DNA of 64,000 nucleotides, taken from the IMG/VR virus record IMGVR_UViG_3300034065_000151, positions 32,001 through 96,000 of that record. One strand, 5' to 3'. How positions within the stretch are numbered: the first letter of the stretch is position 1; each line of letters begins with the position of its first letter. The position numbers were made by a program, and so were the translations under genes. Below the pieces are notes generated by a model. It was given only the letters and a program-made list of their open reading frames with translations. It was not told where the DNA came from and searched no databases. Source of the DNA: a virus. Its lineage: Duplodnaviria; Caudoviricetes. Below, piece after piece: positions 29,229 through 38,728 of the stretch.

Positions 29229-30115
29229 TCGTCACTTTCTTCATAATCTTTCGGATCATGTTTTACATACCATTGCTTTGGGATATATTCTTTTACAAAT
29301 TCTTCTAGGGCATCATTTTGTGCCATACGACGAAGAAGTCCTTCAAATCTCAAAAAGGCACATTTACCTTGTACCCAGATTTCATTATCGTGACCACCAA
29401 ATGAAGCAGAACCTGAAACAACATGACTAAAACCGTTCTTGGTAGGATCCATTCCATTTTCAAAAAGATCATATAGTGTTCTAAACCCATGAGTTTTAAA
29501 TGCTTGAAGGTATTTTTTCCATTCTTCACGTTTACCGGTTTCAGTATTTAAATCATCTATTAATTCAAAGGTAACTCTTTTTAAACAGCTACATAAAGCT
29601 GCATAGTTTTTATGAGCCATATTATATTCAGACAAATGCTCACGCTTATTTGCGGCCATAATAAGGTCTTGAACATCAGACATAAAACCATCCATACTTC
29701 TACCGGTCATGCGATCGATATAATCAAAGCCATACCATAAATCATCACCAGCAATGATACCAATTTCTGAACCATCTGCTGGAATAATTAAATGGACATT
29801 ACCAAAACCACCTGCCATATCATTGTTAGTACTACAAATATAAGACTTAGAACGTTTCGGATAATCTTTCCATGCAGGATTGTTATCCATCCAAATTGTG
29901 TAATAGTTTACAGTATTGGCGGATTCCCGATTTAAACTGTTAGTATCAAAAACCCCCATTTTTATGCTCATTGGCATACCACGAAATATAGGACTCTTTT
30001 TAATCTGTGGTAGATATTTTGAGGCATTAGTTTCACACCACTTCACAAACAGATCGGGTTCCATCTCGGTGTGGGCAAACTGGTCTTCATTTAAAAATTG
30101 TTTGAATGTTATCAT
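29225..30115 (-). CDS. Putative R-S-E ADP-ribosyltransferase, subfamily A, capsid-targeting leader
   Basis: MITFKQFLNE; IFRG...PKRSKSYICST..AGGFG...DNEIWV. Confidence 0.6.
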   Translation of the reverse strand: MITFKQFLNEDQFAHTEMEPDLFVKWCETNASKYLPQIKKSPIFRGMPMSIKMGVFDTNSLNRESANTVNYYTIWMDNNPAWKDYPKRSKSYICSTNNDMAGGFGNVHLIIPADGSEIGIIAGDDLWYGFDYIDRMTGRSMDGFMSDVQDLIMAANKREHLSEYNMAHKNYAALCSCLKRVTFELIDDLNTETGKREEWKKYLQAFKTHGFRTLYDLFENGMDPTKNGFSHVVSGSASFGGHDNEIWVQGKCAFLRFEGLLRRMAQNDALEEFVKEYIPKQWYVKHDPKDYEESDE

Positions 30116-30957
30116 TATCTATCCAACATGTATTTAGTCATAAAATCTTCGAGTACTTCATTGTCACTTTCTTCAAGGCCATCTTCACTATATTTAAGGA
30201 TGCCACAAGTACCTTGAATCCATACTTCTTTGCTAGGACCTGGATTTTTATAGGTTGCTCCAGTTTCAACATCAAAGCCATTTTGTAATGGGTTGAAACC
30301 TAACTGCATTAAATCAAATAAGTTGTCACAGCCACTACGTTCAAAAGCAAGTAAGAAGTGTTCAAAATCTTTTTTTCTTGTTAGGTTTTTGGTAAGGTTT
30401 TTTAATGTTACTTTTTTCAAACACTTAACCAATGCTTTATAATCCATTTGAGCATTTTTAAATTCTTCTGTTTCTTCACTATCTAATTTCATTACCAGAT
30501 GAATCCAGCTATTAAAATTATCAAGGGTGGAATAGTTACCCATACCCATTTTCTTAAACAAGTATTTAAAGGACATCCACAAATCATATTCTGGACAGAT
30601 ACCAATCTTGGCATTATCAGCAGGGATAATTAAAAACGTATTATCATTACCATAGCTACTAGCAGTAGTTAAATTGGTAGAACAGATAAAAGACTTAGAA
30701 CGCTTCGGATACTCTTTCCAAGCTGGATTGTTATCAATCCAAATTGTGTAATAATTTAAAGAGTTAGCAGACTTACGGTTTAAACCATTAGTATCTGAAA
30801 TTCCCACTTTGGTTTCACCAGGCATACCACGATAGATATGTTTGTCCTTAGCACCATTTAAATAGGCACTAGCATTAGTTTCACACCACTTAACAAACTC
30901 TTCTGGTGAAACATCTCTAGTAATATCTCCATTAATAAACTGTTTAAATGATATCAT
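30115..30957 (-). CDS. Putative R-S-E ADP-ribosyltransferase, subfamily A
   Basis: MISFKQFING (E>G); IYRG...PKRSKSFICST..ASSYG...SKEVWI. Confidence 0.6.
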   Translation of the reverse strand: MISFKQFINGDITRDVSPEEFVKWCETNASAYLNGAKDKHIYRGMPGETKVGISDTNGLNRKSANSLNYYTIWIDNNPAWKEYPKRSKSFICSTNLTTASSYGNDNTFLIIPADNAKIGICPEYDLWMSFKYLFKKMGMGNYSTLDNFNSWIHLVMKLDSEETEEFKNAQMDYKALVKCLKKVTLKNLTKNLTRKKDFEHFLLAFERSGCDNLFDLMQLGFNPLQNGFDVETGATYKNPGPSKEVWIQGTCGILKYSEDGLEESDNEVLEDFMTKYMLDR

Positions 30958-31898
30958 TTAAAACTCACATGATCAAAGTGTTTCTTTAGGAATTCATTAA
31001 TAACATCATGTTGTTTAATTATCTTGCCACCCATTGGATTTTCTTCTTCATCTTCTTCAGTCTCATCATTTTCATCTTCACTCTCAATTTTAAGAATGGC
31101 ACAATTTCCCTGAATCCAAACCTCTTGATTTGTTGGGGGTGGACGATATCCATGACCAGTATAAACTTTAAACTTGTTTACTTTTGGATCAAAGCCTTTC
31201 TGGAATACTTCATACATACTTGTGTAGCCATATTTTTCAAAGACTTTAACAGCATCCATAAATCCGCCTTTTGTTTTTTGATTGGCTTCTTTAAGTGACT
31301 CTAAAGTAACTCGCTTTAAACAACTACATAAGGCGGCATAATCATTTTCTATGTTCTTATAATCTGGATCATTCTCACCTAATACTGCTTCAAACATTTT
31401 TTGAAAATCATTCATATATTCTTCTAATGTTCCACGATATTTTGGATCAGCATCAAATATTTTATCCAACTGTTTAAAGCCATACCATAAATCTATCTCA
31501 GGACATACACCCATTTTGGCATCATCTGCCGGGATAATTAAAAAAGTACTTCCATAACCCATCTCGGAAGCACTATTAAAAGAAGTAGCACAACATAAGG
31601 ATTTGGAACGCTTTGGATAATTTTTCCATTCAGGATTATTATCCATCCAAATAGTATAGTAGTTATAAGTGTTCAATGATTTACGGTTCAATTTGTTAGT
31701 ATCACAAAGACCAATCTTAATATCTTCTGGCATACCACGAAAAAGCATTTTATCTTTGGAACCCTTAAGATAATGAGTAGCATTGGTCTCGCACCATTTT
31801 ACAAAGGCTTCAGGGCTTATAGATTGTGTAACCCCTTTAGCTGGGCCATATCTACTTGCTGATATGTCTTCATTTAAGAACTGTTTAAATGTTATCAT
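30954..31898 (-). CDS. Putative R-S-E ADP-ribosyltransferase, subfamily A, capsid-targeting leader
   Basis: MITFKQFLNE; LFRG...PKRSKSLCCATS...NQEVWI. Confidence 0.6.
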   Translation of the reverse strand: MITFKQFLNEDISASRYGPAKGVTQSISPEAFVKWCETNATHYLKGSKDKMLFRGMPEDIKIGLCDTNKLNRKSLNTYNYYTIWMDNNPEWKNYPKRSKSLCCATSFNSASEMGYGSTFLIIPADDAKMGVCPEIDLWYGFKQLDKIFDADPKYRGTLEEYMNDFQKMFEAVLGENDPDYKNIENDYAALCSCLKRVTLESLKEANQKTKGGFMDAVKVFEKYGYTSMYEVFQKGFDPKVNKFKVYTGHGYRPPPTNQEVWIQGNCAILKIESEDENDETEEDEEENPMGGKIIKQHDVINEFLKKHFDHVSFK

Positions 31899-31900
31899 TA

Positions 31901-33826
31901 TTATCCAATAAAAATACTTGAATTACCAGCAGCTGTTCCATTACCAATTTCATAGTCAGTAATCTGGCGACGAAGTTCAGCTTTTTTCTCGGTTGCCATT
32001 GATAACAACACATCACCATTTAAAGTCATACCACCAGTAGCACTTGGAAGGGTTCCATATTTTGTACGGATCATACCAAGTTCTTCTAAGCAAGAAGCAT
32101 ATGCCCAATCTTGAATCCACATTCTAGTCCAGCGATCTGTGATAAGTTCTTGTTCTTCACGTTCCATAACAACTTCAAGAACAACACGTTCTTGTGGCTG
32201 CAATAAACGACGAAGAATAATTAATTCACGGCTTGCTTCATCCCAAGTAAACATAATATTACCAGCGAAGATTTTCTCATAGGATTTAGATAATTGATTC
32301 ATCAAGTGAATTGAGAGTGTATCAACATTAGAACCCTGGTATAGCTGGTTAAAGAATGCTTGTGCATACAATCCAGTTTCAGATGAAAGTGAACTGATAC
32401 CTAATTGGTTAATACGGTGAATCTTCACAACGTTAACAATCTTGTCTGTGCCATCACGTGGATCATTTAAGTAATAAACATTCTGACCACCAGTTGGTCC
32501 ACCTAATAAAGTGAAAGAAATATGACGATGTGAATATGCATTGTCGGCACTCTTACGAAGTTCAGCTAATGCATTATTGATACCAATATCAAATTGATTC
32601 TCACCAAGTTCCACGCATACTTGTGGATAACCCATTAAACCTTTTAATGTTTGTACTAATCCCAAGCGCGCGGCATTTGTACCATCAGCACCAATACCAA
32701 CTTTATCAGTAGTTGGTACACCAACTTCCTCAGTATCTGCACGTTGCCATCCAGCACCATCCCACACCATTAATTGTTTAACAGTTGTGTTATAGTAGAA
32801 GTCACCAATATTAGGAACTACCGGATTGAATGGACCAAGAATATTTGTATCTGAAGCAGTAGTAACTGCAGTCCAATGACCATTGATTAAAACACGAACT
32901 AATCCCGGAGTTACAGAGAACCAACTACCAAGAGTAAAGAATTTAACCTGGAAAGTTGGTGGTGCACTTAATGCAGCTTGGATAGTCAAGTATATAAAGT
33001 CACCAGTGTTTGGTGCTGTTGGATATGTTGACTGTGGAATAATAGAAGTGAATGGTGCCCAGACAGCTCCCATTTTAACTTGGAGGTTTGCAGGTGTAGC
33101 AACTTGCCAAACCGAACCATCAAAGAATTGTAGAGCTTGAGTTGAGGTGTTATAAAATAACTGAGCAGTTTCAATTAATGGATTGGCAGATACAGGAGTG
33201 GTTTGCATGTTTGCACGAATCCATGCAGACTGCTCATCATTCCAGATTAAAACTATTCTGGTTGATGTATCAAAATAGACCTGGCCATTAGTTGGATTTT
33301 GTGGTGCTGTTGATGTACTTGGAATTGAGCCAGCATAAGGGCTGCTTTTGTTTGTAGGTACATTTGATTCTAATGGGTATGACTGAACACCCATTGTGTA
33401 ATATTGAAGAATGTTAGAACAAGCATGGATCGATGCATAATAAATTTTATTTGGATCCAAATTAGAAACTGTTACTGACATGTTTAGTGCTGGTGGTACT
33501 GGTGCGATGTTATCACCAAAGAAGCCATAGAATGCAGAAACAACTTGGGCTTGACCAATAACCCCATTGACTGGGTTGGGAGTTCCCCAATTTGAGGATG
33601 CTATATAACGAGTTCCATCTACTGGAAAGTCATCAGCAATAAAAGGTGTTTCAGAAATTAAAACAACAGCACCATCATAAGTAGTCAGATTGTTTGGAAG
33701 TGTCCATGAAATCTGTAATAACGCAGTTGTACTAGGAGCAACAGGAGCAATTCTATTAGCTGTAATAGAGATACCGCGTCCATCAGTCCAAAGACCTGCA
33801 GTTGTTAATTGGGTAGAATCTGCCAT
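31901..33826 (-). CDS. gp13: Neck protein gp13-like with N-terminal FN3-like and fibre-like modules
   Basis: C-terminal LMGYPQVCVEL..QFD..I..AL, WIQDWAYA..LGMIRTKY..LP..GG.TLNG; repeats of P..G..Y..T..L..W.G..W. Confidence 0.8.
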   Translation of the reverse strand: MADSTQLTTAGLWTDGRGISITANRIAPVAPSTTALLQISWTLPNNLTTYDGAVVLISETPFIADDFPVDGTRYIASSNWGTPNPVNGVIGQAQVVSAFYGFFGDNIAPVPPALNMSVTVSNLDPNKIYYASIHACSNILQYYTMGVQSYPLESNVPTNKSSPYAGSIPSTSTAPQNPTNGQVYFDTSTRIVLIWNDEQSAWIRANMQTTPVSANPLIETAQLFYNTSTQALQFFDGSVWQVATPANLQVKMGAVWAPFTSIIPQSTYPTAPNTGDFIYLTIQAALSAPPTFQVKFFTLGSWFSVTPGLVRVLINGHWTAVTTASDTNILGPFNPVVPNIGDFYYNTTVKQLMVWDGAGWQRADTEEVGVPTTDKVGIGADGTNAARLGLVQTLKGLMGYPQVCVELGENQFDIGINNALAELRKSADNAYSHRHISFTLLGGPTGGQNVYYLNDPRDGTDKIVNVVKIHRINQLGISSLSSETGLYAQAFFNQLYQGSNVDTLSIHLMNQLSKSYEKIFAGNIMFTWDEASRELIILRRLLQPQERVVLEVVMEREEQELITDRWTRMWIQDWAYASCLEELGMIRTKYGTLPSATGGMTLNGDVLLSMATEKKAELRRQITDYEIGNGTAAGNSSIFIG

Positions 33827-33936
33827 AATTGTTAGAAACCTTACTAAAGATGAATTTTGTATTACTATTTATTCATAATTAGTAGATTATTATATTTTAG
33901 AATATAATAAATAGTAGGATAATCAGGAGGATTTAA

Positions 33937-34161
33937 ATGATAAAACCATATATTAAAGCAGTTCATCATATGTTTATGCCCGGGGAAACTGTCACTGCGA
34001 CAATTAAAAAGTATAACTTATACCAGGTAACTAGAGAAGAAATGCCAGGTTTACTTGAGATGTTTAAGGAAGTTAATACAGCTGAAAATCCAAAACCGGG
34101 AATGAATGTTCTCATCCCCATTCTTGAACGTCTTCAACCAGAAGTATTTAAATCAGTTTAA
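33937..34161 (+). CDS. Hypothetical protein (LysM-like pattern)
   Basis: Strong AGGAGG RBS; H.F.PGETV..I.K.YN...PKPGMNVLIP. Confidence 0.6.
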   Translation: MIKPYIKAVHHMFMPGETVTATIKKYNLYQVTREEMPGLLEMFKEVNTAENPKPGMNVLIPILERLQPEVFKSV

Positions 34162-34428
34162 ATAGTCAGATAAGATATCAATCTTAACTTCTAATTCAAC
34201 CTTCTTGGCACGCATACTAGCAATGGCATTAGCTATTGCTTGTGGTGGGTGATGTGGGGAATATTGAGCATACTTTGATTCAATATGAGCTATTGCTGTT
34301 GAAACCAATTTATGTTCATCAACCAAAGTATTACGGTATTCATTTGAAAAAAAGTCCATGGATTTTCCTTTGGAAGGTTTAGGCTTCCGATTAAATTTTG
34401 ATATGATGGATAGGATATGTTTTTGCAT
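34153..34428 (-). CDS. Hypothetical protein
   Basis: ORF; true start may be MDFFS. Confidence 0.5.
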   Translation of the reverse strand: MQKHILSIISKFNRKPKPSKGKSMDFFSNEYRNTLVDEHKLVSTAIAHIESKYAQYSPHHPPQAIANAIASMRAKKVELEVKIDILSDYLN

Positions 34429-34485
34429 ATATTTATTTATGGATATCGAGAACTGAATATATCCATAAATAGATTAAATTAGCAA

Positions 34486-35691
34486 TTAAGAATGAAACAC
34501 TTTGATGATTGCATTTGAGATAGCTGTATGACTTGCATCATTATATTGTTGTAACAACTTCATGTTAATCTGGTGACGACCATGAACAGAATCTTCTAAA
34601 GCCATTTCCATTTTTTCAATGATATCTTCTGGGCTATTTGGATTAGCATGATATCTTTTTGATACCCAGAATATTTCTTCAGATACAACTACTGGAACAC
34701 CTTGAGCTACTGCATCAGCTGATACAATATTAAATGTTTCACTGTAGCTAACTTGTAGGTTAATATCCATAGTTGCTATTAATTCAACGAAGTCATCATG
34801 ATCTAACCATTGGTGTTCTACCAAAGTTGCGATCGGTGAACCTGCAAAAATATTACGAATGTTGTGAAGAATTGGATTACCACCACTTTCAAGACGACTT
34901 GTGTTGATATGGAAATACAAATGTTTTCTATGACCTTCAGCATAACGTAATGCAGCAAAGGCTTGTTGAAGTTGGTTTTTCAATGGGCGGATAGCACCAA
35001 AGCAACCAACATGAATACATGATGGATCAACTTCACGATCTTGCCAAGTTGATTCTACTTCTGTACTATAGTAGTTGGGGAAGTAAACAACCTTATCAGT
35101 TGGAATACCTGTTTGTGATACTAATGCTTTTAAGTCATTAACAGAAGTATGTGTATTAGAAGCAATAAAAACTTTTTCAAATTTTGTATATTTCGGCAAC
35201 CATCCAAGAGCTTGACCTTCTTGGGCTAAGAATGGAATGTTACTATGGTTACGGATAATCCATTTTACATGAGGATGTAGTTTAGTTAATACTTCAAATT
35301 TTTCAGGTACTACCCAGATTGCTTCGATAATAACAATATCAGGTTTGAATTTAAATACTTCTTTGTCGATACAGTTGTTATCAATAACTTGTACAATTTT
35401 TGATTCACATTCATGACCATTGAGACCAAGGTCATTAAGCATATCGCTGACCATTGTTGCAGAATTAAGTAAGCCGGAAGAAAGTCCTGAACCTGCTCCG
35501 CCTGAACTATAGGAGCAATATGGATTATCACGATGTTTTAATATAAACAGTATTTTTTTCATTGAAGTTATGTCTTGTGGTGTGGTTGGTTGGTGAAAAA
35601 GTTTCATAAGGGTATCCTTTAAGTGTTGACCATCGAAATAATGGAATAGGTTTTCAAATACATCCATTATTGTTTGTATAAATTTGTTCAT
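34486..35691 (-). CDS. Glycosyltransferase (GT-B, GT4-like)
   Basis: GCFGAIRPLKNQ, VSYSETFNIVSADAVAQGVPVVVS. Confidence 0.85.
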   Translation of the reverse strand: MNKFIQTIMDVFENLFHYFDGQHLKDTLMKLFHQPTTPQDITSMKKILFILKHRDNPYCSYSSGGAGSGLSSGLLNSATMVSDMLNDLGLNGHECESKIVQVIDNNCIDKEVFKFKPDIVIIEAIWVVPEKFEVLTKLHPHVKWIIRNHSNIPFLAQEGQALGWLPKYTKFEKVFIASNTHTSVNDLKALVSQTGIPTDKVVYFPNYYSTEVESTWQDREVDPSCIHVGCFGAIRPLKNQLQQAFAALRYAEGHRKHLYFHINTSRLESGGNPILHNIRNIFAGSPIATLVEHQWLDHDDFVELIATMDINLQVSYSETFNIVSADAVAQGVPVVVSEEIFWVSKRYHANPNSPEDIIEKMEMALEDSVHGRHQINMKLLQQYNDASHTAISNAIIKVFHS

Positions 35692-35729
35692 GTAAATCCC
35701 CGAAATTGAATTGCTAGAATTGATACATC

Positions 35730-35737
35730 TATTTATA
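35730..35737 (-). promoter_or_regulatory. Late promoter TATAAATA for the glycosyltransferase
   Basis: Exact motif after a terminator, about 40 nt upstream of the start. Confidence 0.65.
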
Positions 35738-35742
35738 CAAAT

Positions 35743-35774
35743 AAAAAAGCTTACTAAAAATAGTAAGCTTTTTT
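35743..35774 (-). terminator. Rho-independent terminator
   Basis: AAAAAAGCTTACTA-AAAA-TAGTAAGCTTTTTT. Confidence 0.75.
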
Positions 35775-35794
35775 GGGGGAAGATATTTGAAATA

Positions 35795-36244
35795 TTATTC
35801 TTTTACAAGTAGATGATCTGCATCACCAACACCTCGAAGGGTTTTCTTATTAAACTTTAATACTTTATTACCATCTTTGTGATCAGTGATATGAAGTTGT
35901 GTTGGTGTAACTCTGAGAACATTGAATTTACCATAACTACCAGTATCAGTTCCTTTAGTATGAGTGTGTAATTTAACAACATCACCATCATTATATGAGG
36001 CAGTCATTGAGGTTGCACTTTCTTTTATACCTGCTAATGCAGCATAATACTTTGCATACATAGCTAAATCATTTAAATTGTAATAATCAATATCATTATC
36101 ATTTAAATAAGAAATTACTTCTTGATGATCAATCTTAAAATTAAGGGATTTTAAAAAAGACGCTTTTTCTTCATTAGACAATAAAGAAAACATATTTACT
36201 AATTCTGATGATTTTGACTCATTAAGTAATTGTGAGACTTTCAT
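35795..36244 (-). CDS. Putative internal head protein
   Basis: MKVSQLLNE leader, internal IKES site; downstream of major capsid gene. Confidence 0.55.
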   Translation of the reverse strand: MKVSQLLNESKSSELVNMFSLLSNEEKASFLKSLNFKIDHQEVISYLNDNDIDYYNLNDLAMYAKYYAALAGIKESATSMTASYNDGDVVKLHTHTKGTDTGSYGKFNVLRVTPTQLHITDHKDGNKVLKFNKKTLRGVGDADHLLVKE

Positions 36245-36355
36245 TTTTTTCCTTTAGTTATTAGTTTATTATTAATAAACTTCATTTTATAAGCTGTATC
36301 ATATTCTGATTTTAATATGGCTTTTTCTGCTTCAGGCCATCCCTTTTTTAACTTT
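36241..36355 (-). pseudogene. 3' remnant of a helical-repeat family gene
   Basis: Start-less frame LKKGWPEAEKAILKSEYDTAYKMKF...* ending in ATGA overlap with the next gene. Confidence 0.5.
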
Positions 36356-36380
36356 AAGGAAACTTATAATTTTTAGGTAT

Positions 36381-36408
36381 TAAAAAGGACTCTTCGGAGT
36401 CCTTTTTA
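36381..36408 (-). terminator. Rho-independent terminator after major capsid gene
   Basis: TAAAAAGGACTC-TTCG-GAGTCCTTTTTA. Confidence 0.85.
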
Positions 36409-36430
36409 ATTGCTTTACTACCTTTTTCGA

Positions 36431-37669
36431 TTAAACGAATGAAAGATTGGCAACACTTATGCGACCATAATAATCTGCCGAATTGCCTAAAGATGTGCTA
36501 GTTGAGGTAAATGTTGCTTTACCATATCTAGTCATCAATGAAACATGTGGATTGAATGTGTTAGGATCAACAACAACACCACTTGACATGATAGGGATAT
36601 ATGGGCAGTAGAAATAACCTGTATCCATTTCACCTGAACCGCCTTTGAAACCCATAAGGATTGGTTCTGTACCTTGATCAAAGTAGATATAGCTGTAAAC
36701 CTTGATACCACCATTTAATGTACCAACTAATTTGGTGTTGTTTGGACCATCGAATGAACCAGAAACAGCTGGAGCAAATACTGATTTAGATGCTGACTGC
36801 AATACTGATACAACAAGTGGTGAAACTACAATCCAATTACCTGGACCACGACGGGTTTTACGAGCGATTTCGTTAGCTACTTTGTTGATCAATACACCTA
36901 AAACAGCGTGACGATCACCAACATAGTTTGGAACACCAGTAAATGTACCTGACATATCGAATGATTCTGTAGTACCAGCTAAGGCGATAAGATCATTGAT
37001 AATTTCATTGTCGATTTCTGAAACAACAGCTGCTGAAAGTGATGCAGTGATTTCAGCTTCAAGGTCAAGACCGTGAGATGCTTTGATATCTTGCATTGCT
37101 TCAGGAGTCCAACGTGCTTGTAACTTACGTGAACCGGCTGTAACAGTTTGTTTTAATACTTCAAGAGTTAATGCACGACCACCGAATGCTTCATAGTCAG
37201 ATGTATTAGCTGCAATACCTGTTGAGGTACCTGCTGCTGGTCCACCTGCTGCTGCTGGAGCATCAGAAGTTGAGTAGAAACGCTTCATTTTTGAGTTGTT
37301 ACCGAATACTTCATCACCTGGGTTGATGTCTTCAGCTGTACCAGTATCGATAGTGCCTGGAAGGGCAGTAGTGGTTACGGCTTCTGAGAACAAGAAACGA
37401 AGTGAGTATACCAAACCAACAGGACCGGCCATAGGCTGAACACCAACAAGTTCAGTAGCGATGGTACCTGGGATGATACGTCGAATCATCGGGATAACGA
37501 TTTTCTGGAAGTTACCGATTGCGCCAGCTGATGAAGTTCCAGCAGGTGAGGTTTCTTGCAAATGTTGCATTTGATTATCTAGGACTGGTCCCAAGATACG
37601 TTTTTTACTTTCACTAAGACCATCGAGAAGGGTCTCTTTGGTTTCGTTCCAATTTTCATATAGTTCCAT
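36431..37669 (-). CDS. gp23: Major capsid protein
   Basis: IPMIRR..P..IATELVGVQPM.GP, A.SRKL.ARWT.E..QD, FYCPYIP, MTRYG; start MELYENW with AGGAG. Confidence 0.97.
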   Translation of the reverse strand: MELYENWNETKETLLDGLSESKKRILGPVLDNQMQHLQETSPAGTSSAGAIGNFQKIVIPMIRRIIPGTIATELVGVQPMAGPVGLVYSLRFLFSEAVTTTALPGTIDTGTAEDINPGDEVFGNNSKMKRFYSTSDAPAAAGGPAAGTSTGIAANTSDYEAFGGRALTLEVLKQTVTAGSRKLQARWTPEAMQDIKASHGLDLEAEITASLSAAVVSEIDNEIINDLIALAGTTESFDMSGTFTGVPNYVGDRHAVLGVLINKVANEIARKTRRGPGNWIVVSPLVVSVLQSASKSVFAPAVSGSFDGPNNTKLVGTLNGGIKVYSYIYFDQGTEPILMGFKGGSGEMDTGYFYCPYIPIMSSGVVVDPNTFNPHVSLMTRYGKATFTSTSTSLGNSADYYGRISVANLSFV

Positions 37670-37685
37670 TGAATTCTCCTGTGGA

Positions 37686-38558
37686 CTAGTTACTTGAAAT
37701 GCCCGCAAGCTTTCTTAATTCAGAATGCTTATCGCTTGAGGCTACTTTTGCTGGCTCTGTACTGTTAGGCACGTCACCGGTTACTACAACTGACTCGATG
37801 ATTTGAGCAGGCTTGTTATCTGTATTATCTTCACGGAGAACACGGGCGATAAAATGACCGTATGCTTCTTCAAGGCGGGAAGTTTCAACATTGGCTAATA
37901 CGAATGCCATTTGTTCTTTTTTCTTACCATTGAGTGATGAAAGAATTTTTTCCATCTTTGCTTCACGAACCATCTTAGACTGGGCTTCTTCAAGCTGTCC
38001 GATAGCTTTTTCTGCATCACTTAACTTAGCGAGTGTAGCGGATAATTTAGATTGAACTGAATTCTCGTCGACATAAGATGTAGCGAAGGTTGTTGCGTAT
38101 GCTTCAAAAATCTTACGACCGAATTCGTTTTGTTTAACGATTTCTAAATCTTCATGAAGTTCAGCCATTTCTTCGGTAAGACGGAGCTCAAAGAAAGCAT
38201 CCATTTTGTCGATTAATTGGTCAAGTTCTTCTGAAAGAGTATCAGCCATTGCGTGTTTTTCTTCTACAATCTTTTCTGCATATTCTGCTTCAAGATCACG
38301 GAAACGCTCAATGTCTGCTTTGAGTTCTGCAACTTCTTCATCTAATTTCTTTGCAACGAAAGCTTCAACATTTTCAATCAATGTATCACGTTCATTCGCC
38401 CACTGTTCAGCAATCTCAGCTCGCACTGTCATGGTAACTTCTTCACGAACAACAGATTTATATTGTTCTACTGATTCAGTCCATTGAGTGGAGATTTCCG
38501 CTTTTGCATCTTCGCTTAATAGCTCTGAGCTTAGCAACTTCTGAAGGATTTCATCCAT
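37686..38558 (-). CDS. gp22: Prohead core scaffold protein
   Basis: Acidic coiled coil, FGRKIFEAY; directly upstream of capsid gene. Confidence 0.85.
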   Translation of the reverse strand: MDEILQKLLSSELLSEDAKAEISTQWTESVEQYKSVVREEVTMTVRAEIAEQWANERDTLIENVEAFVAKKLDEEVAELKADIERFRDLEAEYAEKIVEEKHAMADTLSEELDQLIDKMDAFFELRLTEEMAELHEDLEIVKQNEFGRKIFEAYATTFATSYVDENSVQSKLSATLAKLSDAEKAIGQLEEAQSKMVREAKMEKILSSLNGKKKEQMAFVLANVETSRLEEAYGHFIARVLREDNTDNKPAQIIESVVVTGDVPNSTEPAKVASSDKHSELRKLAGISSN

Positions 38559-38728
38559 TAGCTTCTCCTTATATATGGTGGGGTTTTAGAGACATGGCTT
38601 AAGCTATATCTCTAATAGCAATAAACCTTTGTATTTGTTGGTGTAATAAATCACACCGTTTCATAACATACATTTTATTTATGGAAACAGTGAAAAATAT
38701 CAATATTTTTCACGTGTTTTCGTCAAAA

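Noticed and set aside
9941-31898. Recurring ATGAT(A/T)ACATT(T/C)AAACA DNA as CRISPR repeat or recombination site
   Set aside because: It always forms codons 1-10, varies at synonymous positions and is spaced by whole genes
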